DNA from: Acidobacteriaceae bacterium
GTDB lineage: Bacteria; Acidobacteriota; Terriglobia; Terriglobales; Acidobacteriaceae
Direction: 5' to 3'
NCBI GenBank assembly: GCA_049696575.1
Contig: JBAVUB010000592.1
Span: 1 to 36,935, forward strand
DNA length: 36,935 bases
Positions 18,801 to 25,720 of the stretch are shown here, in pieces. The position numbers were made by a program, and so were the translations under genes. The notes beneath the pieces were generated by a model that was not told where the DNA came from, searched no databases, and was given only the letters and a program-made list of their open reading frames with translations. Position 1 is the first letter of the stretch. The number at the start of each line of letters is the position of its first letter.

Positions 18801-19729
18801 TGACAGAGATAGATGTCGTCGAAGCCATCGTTGTCGAAATCGCCGGTTGCCACGCCGTTGTTGGAATAAACATCGACTCCCACTGCGCCATCGAGCACCG
18901 TTCGCCAATGATCGGCTCCGTGCAGCAGCTGCTCGTGATAGGAGGCGGTCGCGCCCAGGGCGAATCCGGTGACGTCGGTGAAAACCGGTGCGGCGGAGAT
19001 GCAACAGGTTTCCTGGTTGGCTATCCAGTTCTTTGCCAGCCAGCCGTTGGAAACGTCACGGAGCCATTCCACCCGCCATGAGCCGACTCTCTCCTCGCGG
19101 TGGCGATCTGGGCCAGCCAGGACCAGGTCATAGCGCAAACGGGTGCGTACAGTCAGTGGCGCGGAGGCGATTTCTTCGATGGCGAAGATCTCGAACTCGG
19201 CGGTCTCGATGTGTGCTGCGTCTTTGAGCCATGCCTGCAGGGAGCGGACAAACGCGTCGCGTCCTGCGACGGAAGCGGAACCGAAGTCGCGCCGAACGGC
19301 GTCAATGCCGAAACGCGACCGCAGGCAAGTTTCCGTGAAGTTGGCAAAATGGAAGCCGGTGATTTGAGGATCCAGAAAAGATGTGATAGCAGGAATGTCT
19401 GACGGGGACTTGCGCAGCGCAGCGCTCCACCGCTTCAGAATCGTTTCGATCTCATGAGCGTATTTCTCGCAGAGGTAGTCGTCTGAACCGGGCGGCACCA
19501 ATGCCAGAACGTCAGTGAGCGGCGAGTTGGCGGGGTAGTGCGGGGTGAAGCGGTAGTCGGAGAAAGAAAAATCACCAGGGAACGCGAGAGCGTCTTCCCA
19601 GGGATGGAGGAGGCCCGCGCCCAGGAAGGGAGCCGGGCGAAGAAGTGTACCTGAAAACGCCAGACCCTTCAGGACCGCTCGACGGGAGATCAAGGGCCTA
19701 CTGTCTTTGTATCTACCACGAGCCATCAT
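15893..19729 (-). CDS. Multidomain protein: unknown N-domain + FG-GAP/ASPIC-UnbV + thioredoxin-fold (no CXXC) + TPR
   Basis: Start taken at the ATG-ATG at 19729 (MMARGRYKDSRPLISRRAVLKGL, a Tat motif); the track start at 19798 is TTG. FG-GAP units are GDFDNDGFDDIYL, YRNRGDGTFEDV and YRNNGNGTF. The ASPIC block is SNRDAIGTAITIET...GSGFLAQHAKEVFFGIG...VVRWPSG. The redoxin-like segment is APEFALPDLDGAVRDLRSWRGRPVLISFWSTAAPAS. The C-terminus has about 7 TPR repeats. Confidence 0.88.
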   Translation of the reverse strand: MMARGRYKDSRPLISRRAVLKGLAFSGTLLRPAPFLGAGLLHPWEDALAFPGDFSFSDYRFTPHYPANSPLTDVLALVPPGSDDYLCEKYAHEIETILKRWSAALRKSPSDIPAITSFLDPQITGFHFANFTETCLRSRFGIDAVRRDFGSASVAGRDAFVRSLQAWLKDAAHIETAEFEIFAIEEIASAPLTVRTRLRYDLVLAGPDRHREERVGSWRVEWLRDVSNGWLAKNWIANQETCCISAAPVFTDVTGFALGATASYHEQLLHGADHWRTVLDGAVGVDVYSNNGVATGDFDNDGFDDIYLCQPSGLPNRLYRNRGDGTFEDVTEKASVGVLDNTSCALFADFENRGLQDLLVVCGTGPLLFVNQGNGTFSLQKDAFRFARPPQGTFTHAAVSDYDGDGRLDVYFCLYMYYLGLDQYNYPIPYYDARNGPPNCLFHNEGAHQFVETTEATGMNADNNRYSFSCAWGNSGPYGLPDLFVANDFGSSQLYRNNGNGTFAVVSHEANVEGVGAGMSCCWCDYDNDGHQDIYVPSMWEAAGQRVSSQQQFHENAPASIRELYRRHARGNALYRNQGTGRFENVGQQAGVEMGRWSWGADFFDFDHDGFSDLYVANGYISEPDREDLASFFWRQIVARSPEDATPSVRYEHGWNAINELIRSDHTWHGFARNVFFLNLGNGAFAEASGPVGLDSLEDSRSFALADIDHDGRLEVILKNRNAPQIRVLHNSMQAIGASISFQLRGHKSNRDAIGTAITIETPGLTQTKYLQAGSGFLAQHAKEVFFGIGDASKVTRAVVRWPSGLEQTFQDLPAVHRIAIEEGSASFKATPFQATPSEYLVASPAGKSESLASSVQTWLIEPLKAPEFALPDLDGAVRDLRSWRGRPVLISFWSTAAPASLDALRALNSAVRTGSAVPCLALNVNDPANLDRAQTFARQKRFPFPVLFATEETAGVYNLIYRYLFDRRRDLPIPSALLLNGEGMIVKVYQGGFDPASVLRDARSIPANPTERIRFALPFNGILVQDRLARNDFTYGVAMFQHGYLDQAEASFLQVLTDKPDDADALYNLGTLSLRRHDFAHANGYLTRTVQLRPNYPEAWNNLGMVAAEQGQPDEAVRNFQQSLAYRPDYAIALLNLGNVYRRQKLYDQAHDCLARAQDLLPDDAEINYSLGMLYAQLDQLEHAATYLERALDLRPEYPEALNNLGIIFVRQGDYQHAEDQFRTGIRVAPGFDQSYLNLARLYALENDRERARQVLSQLLAVQPENVNAKKSLEQLQ

Positions 19730-20047
19730 GGTGAAAACCGGAAGCCGGCGGACGAGGGCATCATAGCACCGGGGAAAACGCGGAGAACAAACCCTCAACC
19801 TCAGGCTTTGTTTCTCCCCTCGACGCTAAAGATCAACGGGCGTGCCCGGCCGAACCTGTGGAAAACGGAGTTGGTCACCGCCCTGCGTGCCGCCGGAATA
19901 CGGATGTTGCGTTATGCTCTCAACCGGTGCGCAGCCTTTGGTTTCGGGGTTTGGCTCCGCGGAATTCGCGCAGATCGACCTGACGGTCGAAAAAAACCTA
20001 CAACTTTGGGTTGACAAAAGGGCGGTCGAGGAACTAGCTTGTTGCCG

Positions 20048-20061
20048 CGTAACCGTTTACT
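20048..20061. promoter_or_regulatory. Candidate LacI-family operator (distal) upstream of the TonB-dependent receptor operon
   Basis: CGTAACCGTTTACT has the core GTAACCGTTTAC, which fits the palindromic pattern GTAANCGNTTAC. It lies 138-151 nt upstream of the ATG at 20199. Confidence 0.5.
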
Positions 20062-20078
20062 TAATTTTGCGACGTAAA

Positions 20079-20092
20079 CGTAAACGATTACA
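20079..20092. promoter_or_regulatory. Candidate LacI-family operator (proximal) upstream of the TonB-dependent receptor operon
   Basis: CGTAAACGATTACA. Its reverse complement TGTAATCGTTTACG matches the 5155 site at 12 of 14 positions. Its centre is 31 bp (about 3 helical turns) from the distal site. It is preceded by an extra GTAAAC half-site copy at 20074..20079. Confidence 0.5.
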
Positions 20093-20198
20093 TTTTAGAC
20101 CCGAAAATCGGCGCTGTCAGGCTGGCGGCTTCCAGCCGATCCCCGGCAGGGGAAGAAGAAATTAACGATAACGGGGCCTGAAGAATGGAGGGATTTTC

Positions 20199-23100
20199 AT
20201 GGGCTGTGACCGCAAGCTATTCAGCAGATTTGGGATCGTCTCCGCTGTCTTCATTACTCTCAGTCTGGTCTTCGTCCCCGCTCGGTCAGCGCGTGCGCAG
20301 GTGGACGAAGGCTCCATTACCGGCATCGTTCAGGATACGACTGGCGCAGTCATTCCGAATGCTCAGGTGACCCTGCTGAACATCGACCAGGGCATCACCT
20401 TGAACACCAAGACGGACAACGCCGGTTCGTACACGTTCTCACCGGTCAGAATCGGGCACTACACGGTTTCGGTAACGGCGCAGGGCTTTTCCAAGACCAC
20501 GCAGTCGAACGTGACGGTTCAGGTGGCACAGACGCTGCAGGTGAATCTGCAGCTGAAGCCGGGCGCGAGCACGGAAACCGTCTACGTGAACACGGCGCCG
20601 CCCCTGATGCAGACCCAGGAAGCTTCAGTCGGCCAGGTCATCGGGACCCAGGAAGTAAACAATCTGCCGCTGAACGGACGCAATTTCACGTTCCTTGCGC
20701 AGCTGGGAGCCGGCATGCAGACTCCGCAGGCCGACACCCGCGGCAACGCTGCATCGGGCGCGTTCTCGGCCAACGGTCTCCGTCCCGCGCAGAACAATTA
20801 CCTGCTGGACGGCATCGACAACAACTCCAATGCGGTCGACTTCCTCAACGGCACCAACTACGTCATTCTGCCGCCGGTGGACGCGATTCAGGAGTTCAAG
20901 GTGCAGACGGCGGACTTCAGCGCTGAACTGGGACGCGCAGGCGGCGCGGTGCTGAATGCAACCATCAAGTCCGGCACCAACAGCATTCACGGTGCAGGGT
21001 GGGAGTTCTTCCGCAACGACAAGCTGGACGCGGCCGACTATTTTGAGAACAATACCGGCATCAAGAAAGGCGAGCTGCGGCAGAACCAGTTCGGCGCCGA
21101 CATCGGCGGTCCGATCATGAAGAACAAAATCTTCTACTTCGGCGATTACGAAGGCTTCCGCCGTGTGCAGGGGACGGCCGAGAACGGCGATGTGCCGACT
21201 TCACTGGAGCGCAGCAGCGGGTACACGAACCTTTCGCAGATTCTCGGGTTTAATGATGGCACGACCCGAACCGATGCTCTGGGCCGTGCGATTCAGAAGG
21301 GCACGATCCTCGATCCTGCGACTACGCGATTCGTTGCCAGTGGAGCCGTGGATCCGGTTTCCGGACGGACCAACAGCAGCGGCAGCGACGCTTATGTGCG
21401 CGATCCGTTCAGCACGGTTTGCGGGCCGGGCACGGCGACCTTCACGACGGCAAACTGCAGCGACCTGAACATGCTTCCGTCTGCGCGGATTGATGCGAAT
21501 GCTGTCAAGGTGCTGAATCTGTACCCGGCGCCCAACTCCGGTACCCAGGTCTATGCCAGCAGCCCCGCGTTGTTCGAGCATCGCAATCAATTCGACATCC
21601 GCGGGGATGTGAACCCGAGCCAAACGGACCAGATCTTCGCTCGCTTCAGCTACTCCGACGATCCGATCTATATTCCGGGCATCTTCGGCGGCATCGCTGA
21701 TGGCGGTTCTTTCTACCAGGGGATTCAGACGGCGAAATCGGCTCAGGCCGTGGCTGGATATACCCACGTCTTTACACCTCTCACCACCAACCAGATACGC
21801 GGCGGCTTTGCTCACCTGCACACCACCCGGTACGGACCGGAGGGCGCGGTAAATGGTATTCCCGCGCAGTTCGGCATTCAGGGCATACCCCAGGGACAGG
21901 AGAACGGCGGCCTGCCGGGCTTCGGAATCTCGAACCTGGCGACCCTGGGAAGCAATAACTTCCTGCCTTCGGATGAAGTTAGTCAAACCCTGCAGGTGAC
22001 CGACGACTTCACGAAGATCTACGGCAGCCACAGCTTCAAGATGGGGATCGAGTACCAGAACGTAAAGTTCTCCACCCTGCAGCCCGCGTGGTCGCACGGG
22101 CAGTTCGATTACAACGGCACATTTGTCGATATTCCCAACAAGGGCAATACCACCGGCGGAATCGCGCAGGTTTTGCTGCCCCCCACGGCTGCCCCAGCGA
22201 CGATTGACGGCGCGCCGAATCCGAACGGCTTCAACTATTCGGGTGGGACGGATTTTGTCTACGCCTCGAATATCAACAAGACCTACGACCAGAAGATGTA
22301 CTTCGCGTCGTATTTCCAGGATGACTGGAAAGTAACTCCCAAGCTGACCATCAACCTTGGGTTGCGCTGGGATAACTTCGGTCCCATTAACGAAACCAAT
22401 GGCGGACAGGCCAACTTCGTCCCCTACGCGATTCCCGGGAAGAACATTGGAGCGGCAACGTACATCATCCCGGCTACCGGGAAGGATAATCGGACGCTCT
22501 CCACCGGACATCCGGCCTACACCAACTATGGAGGGGCCTCTGTTCCTGCAGCGGCTGGGACCTGCCAGGGAGTCGGCTGTTTCGGTCTGCCGGACCTTCT
22601 GGCAAAGGACGGAATCACGCTGGATGTAACGAACAAATACGGTCAGGGGTTGATCGAGGTGGTGAGGGCTAACCTTGCCCCACGTGTCGGTGCGGCCCTC
22701 GAGATCACGCCCAAGTTTGTGGTGCGCGGTGGCGTCGGGCTCTTCTTCAATTCCTTTGAGAACCAGGGGTATGGGCCGAACATCGGTGAGAACTATCCGT
22801 TCGTGTACAACCTGCAATACGGTATCCAGTCCAACCCAGCCGGCCACAGTATTGACTCCCAGGTGGCGCCGGTTAGCTATAACTCCCCCTATGCCGGATG
22901 CGCCACATCCGGACCGGGCGGAACCGCCAGCTTGGAATCGGGATTCTCCTGCATCCCGCTGACCCCCAGCGCAGTGAACGCACTGGGACTCGAGCTGGAG
23001 GGACTGCAGTTCGATTATCAGACTCCGCATACGTTGGAAAGCAACCTGACGCTCCAGTATGCGATCACCCACTCCTTAACCGCCCAGGCGGCTTACGTGT

Positions 23101-24134
23101 ATACGCATGGCGCTAACCTGCAGGGGCTTCCGGGATGGCAGAACGTCACGCAGATTCTGCCTGCGGGTATCGACACCAAAAACTGCGGTAAGTATGCCGT
23201 GTTCCCGGGTGGAAGCTGTGTGCCCTACAAGGACTTCGGCAGTGGCTGGGCCGCAACCTTCGGCCAGAGCAATTACAACGCTCTCCAGACGAAGATCGAG
23301 GAGCAGTTCTCCCACAATGCGACCTTCCTGCTTACCTACACCTACGCGAAAGCTCTGTCGGATGCTGGCGACCAGCTCAATGGCGGGTCAACCGGCGGTT
23401 GGCGTGCATTCTCTATTCCGGGTCTTGGTCCCCGGTTCGATTACAGCCTGGCGGACTACGATCTTCGTCAGGTCCTGCACTTCAGTGGCGGATATCAGCT
23501 GCCCTTCGGAAAAGGCCAGCAGTACATGAACCACGGTGGAATTGGAAATGCCGTGTTGGGTGGCTGGGCGACCAACTGGATTCTCACCCTGCAAGGCGGA
23601 CAGCCGCTCAACTTCGGTTGTCCGACGGGAACAGCGTCCGGCCCTGGTTGCAACGATCTCCTTGTATCGGGTCAGAGCGCGCAGCTGGGAATCAAGTCGC
23701 ACGTTATCGACGGCGCGCCGCGGCCGTTCTGGGTGAACAACGCCAAGGCATTCAACCAGCCTTGCCAGTTGTCGGATGCGGGCGGCCCGATTGCTCCGGA
23801 TCCCTCTTCCGTTGCGGGATGCGTGCCGCTCAACGGAGCGGCTGCTCTTGGTCCGCCGCCCGGCCAGATTCCCGGACCTGGTTTCCACCGGATCGACTTC
23901 TCCCTCTTCAAGAATTTCCAGGTCACGGAGCGGATTTCAACTCAGTTCCGCGCCGAGTTCTTCAACATCGTCAATCACCCCAACTTCAATGCTCCGGGTT
24001 TCGGAGGCAACGGTGTGGTGGCCATCGGCGGGTCGGGGAACTATACCGATCCTCACTTTGGTGAAGTTGGATCGACGCGCGATGCTCCTTACGATCCGCG
24101 ACAGATTCAGTTCGCTTTGAAGACGTATTTCTAA
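20199..24134 (+). CDS. TonB-dependent outer-membrane receptor with N-terminal CarboxypepD_reg domain
   Basis: 1311 aa. An SD (GGAGGG) precedes the ATG and a signal peptide ends ARSARAQV. The CarboxypepD_reg block is GSITGIVQDTTGAVIPNAQVTLL...AGSYTFSPVRIGHYTVSVTAQGF. The plug-like block is NNLPLNGRNFTFLAQLGAG. A long beta-barrel-like Gly/Asn/Tyr-rich body follows, with a terminal ...QFALKTYF (C-terminal Phe). Confidence 0.9.
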   Translation: MGCDRKLFSRFGIVSAVFITLSLVFVPARSARAQVDEGSITGIVQDTTGAVIPNAQVTLLNIDQGITLNTKTDNAGSYTFSPVRIGHYTVSVTAQGFSKTTQSNVTVQVAQTLQVNLQLKPGASTETVYVNTAPPLMQTQEASVGQVIGTQEVNNLPLNGRNFTFLAQLGAGMQTPQADTRGNAASGAFSANGLRPAQNNYLLDGIDNNSNAVDFLNGTNYVILPPVDAIQEFKVQTADFSAELGRAGGAVLNATIKSGTNSIHGAGWEFFRNDKLDAADYFENNTGIKKGELRQNQFGADIGGPIMKNKIFYFGDYEGFRRVQGTAENGDVPTSLERSSGYTNLSQILGFNDGTTRTDALGRAIQKGTILDPATTRFVASGAVDPVSGRTNSSGSDAYVRDPFSTVCGPGTATFTTANCSDLNMLPSARIDANAVKVLNLYPAPNSGTQVYASSPALFEHRNQFDIRGDVNPSQTDQIFARFSYSDDPIYIPGIFGGIADGGSFYQGIQTAKSAQAVAGYTHVFTPLTTNQIRGGFAHLHTTRYGPEGAVNGIPAQFGIQGIPQGQENGGLPGFGISNLATLGSNNFLPSDEVSQTLQVTDDFTKIYGSHSFKMGIEYQNVKFSTLQPAWSHGQFDYNGTFVDIPNKGNTTGGIAQVLLPPTAAPATIDGAPNPNGFNYSGGTDFVYASNINKTYDQKMYFASYFQDDWKVTPKLTINLGLRWDNFGPINETNGGQANFVPYAIPGKNIGAATYIIPATGKDNRTLSTGHPAYTNYGGASVPAAAGTCQGVGCFGLPDLLAKDGITLDVTNKYGQGLIEVVRANLAPRVGAALEITPKFVVRGGVGLFFNSFENQGYGPNIGENYPFVYNLQYGIQSNPAGHSIDSQVAPVSYNSPYAGCATSGPGGTASLESGFSCIPLTPSAVNALGLELEGLQFDYQTPHTLESNLTLQYAITHSLTAQAAYVYTHGANLQGLPGWQNVTQILPAGIDTKNCGKYAVFPGGSCVPYKDFGSGWAATFGQSNYNALQTKIEEQFSHNATFLLTYTYAKALSDAGDQLNGGSTGGWRAFSIPGLGPRFDYSLADYDLRQVLHFSGGYQLPFGKGQQYMNHGGIGNAVLGGWATNWILTLQGGQPLNFGCPTGTASGPGCNDLLVSGQSAQLGIKSHVIDGAPRPFWVNNAKAFNQPCQLSDAGGPIAPDPSSVAGCVPLNGAAALGPPPGQIPGPGFHRIDFSLFKNFQVTERISTQFRAEFFNIVNHPNFNAPGFGGNGVVAIGGSGNYTDPHFGEVGSTRDAPYDPRQIQFALKTYF

Positions 24135-24147
24135 ACGAAGATGGACC

Positions 24148-24193
24148 AACACCCCGACCAGGGCGCACAAAAAGCGCGCTGTGCCGGGGTGTT
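24148..24193 (+). terminator. Stem-loop between the receptor and TPR2 genes (possible attenuating terminator or mRNA processing/stability element)
   Basis: AACACCCCG (24148..24156) pairs with CGGGGTGTT (24185..24193). The loop contains an inner GCGC-acaaaaa-GCGC hairpin and is followed by TTCCTCTCT. It begins 14 nt after the receptor stop codon. Confidence 0.3.
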
Positions 24194-24258
24194 CCTCTCT
24201 GCGGTACCATGTTCTGCGGAGCAGCTGGCTAGCCGACGCAGCAACTGTGGAGGAGACG

Positions 24259-25680
24259 GTGAGCAGGGGTTGGCGTTGTCGCATCGGGTGCTGCGTTCTG
24301 TGCCTGATCAAGATCTCCGTCCTGAACGCCGGCGCGCAGGATCCCCAAAAGCAGAAGCTTGATCGGGAATACCAAGCCGCAGTTGCGGACTATGAGGGTG
24401 GCCGGTACGCCCAGGCGTCCGATGAGTTGCAACACCTGCTGCCATATGCGCCGAGGAGTTACGAACTGCACGAGCTCCTGGGGATGGTCGATGTTGCACT
24501 GGGCGAGAGCGACCAGGCCGTCAAAGAGCTAAAAACCGCCGTCCAGATCAAGCCGGAGCTCGCCGAAGCTCGGGTGAATCTGGGTGTGACGCTGGTTCAC
24601 GCCCGACAGGCGACCGCGGCTGAGGAGCAGTTTCGGAAGGCGAGCCTGCTGGACGCAGGCAACTACGACGCTCCGCACAATCTCGGCGAGTTGTTGGTTC
24701 AGAGAGGCAAGATCGCCGAGGCGCAGCCGTGCCTGGAGCGGGCCTGGCAAATCCACCCTGCTTCGTATGACAACGCCTACGACCTTGCGATGGCCGATTT
24801 CATGTTGGGGAAACTGGACGAGGCCCGCCTGGTGGTGAGCGGCCTGGTGAAGCTGAAGGATACGGGGGAGCTGCGGAACCTTCTGGGCCAGATCGACGAG
24901 AAGGATGGAAAATACGTCGATGCGGCGAATGACTATGAAGCCGCCGCCCACCTCGATCCCAGCGAGGACAATATCTTTAACTGGGGAAGCGAAATGCTGC
25001 TGCATCGGACGTATGAGCCGGCCATTACGATCTTTGAGGATGGGGTTGCGCGCTATCCCCGTTCGCCGCGGATGCAGATCGGGATGGGGCTGGCTTATTA
25101 CTCTCGCGGCAAGTACGACGACGCAATTAAGGCGCTGATTACCGCAGCCGATCTGAATCCAACCGATCCGCGCTGTTATGTTTTCCTGTCGAAGGCTTAC
25201 AACAGCTCTCCACTGCAGGCGGACGAAGTTACGCAGCGGTTCAAACGCTATGCTGAGCTGGAGCCGGGCAACCCGCTTGCGCAGTACTATTATGCGGTGA
25301 GTTTGTGGAAGGGCAGGCGGGTCGAGGATCCGGGAACGGATCCGGCCACTGTAGAAGGGCTGCTGCGAAGGGCGATTGAGCTGGATGACTCGCTTGCAGA
25401 GGCGCATGTGCAGCTGGGCGATCTGTATGCGGACGAGCGAAAATACAAGGAATCGATCCCGCAGTACGTGCGCGCACTGGAACTGGATCCAAACCTTGCC
25501 GACGCGTATTACCGGCTGGGTACGGACTTCGTGCACACCGGGGAGAAAGACAAGGCGCAGAAGGAATTCGCGATCTACCAGAAGGTGCGCGCCGAGCATC
25601 TGGCGGAAGCAGAGAAGGAACGGGCCGAGGTACAGCAGTTCGTGTATTCAGAGAAGTCGGAGTCGGCGAGCAGGCCCTGA
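24259..25680 (+). CDS. Secreted TPR protein (TPR2), homolog of the C-terminal part of TPR1
   Basis: Start proposed at the GTG at 24259, with GGAGG 5 nt upstream and the signal SRGWRCRIGCCVLCLIKISVLNAGA/QDP. The track start at 24181 lies inside the hairpin. TPR repeats run throughout. Blocks shared with TPR1 are DPSE.N.F.WGSE.LLHR, NPLA.YYYA...WK and A.YRLG. Confidence 0.82.
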   Translation: MSRGWRCRIGCCVLCLIKISVLNAGAQDPQKQKLDREYQAAVADYEGGRYAQASDELQHLLPYAPRSYELHELLGMVDVALGESDQAVKELKTAVQIKPELAEARVNLGVTLVHARQATAAEEQFRKASLLDAGNYDAPHNLGELLVQRGKIAEAQPCLERAWQIHPASYDNAYDLAMADFMLGKLDEARLVVSGLVKLKDTGELRNLLGQIDEKDGKYVDAANDYEAAAHLDPSEDNIFNWGSEMLLHRTYEPAITIFEDGVARYPRSPRMQIGMGLAYYSRGKYDDAIKALITAADLNPTDPRCYVFLSKAYNSSPLQADEVTQRFKRYAELEPGNPLAQYYYAVSLWKGRRVEDPGTDPATVEGLLRRAIELDDSLAEAHVQLGDLYADERKYKESIPQYVRALELDPNLADAYYRLGTDFVHTGEKDKAQKEFAIYQKVRAEHLAEAEKERAEVQQFVYSEKSESASRP

Positions 25681-25720
25681 GCGAGGGAAAGAAGCTGCAT
25701 TCGCCCCAGCGAGCGAGGCA

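Noticed and set aside
19808-20165. ORFs of 63-107 aa in the 469-bp intergenic region between the FG-GAP operon and the TBDR gene.
   Set aside because: They have no SD, overlap one another on both strands and have non-protein-like composition. The region is better explained as a divergent promoter/operator region.
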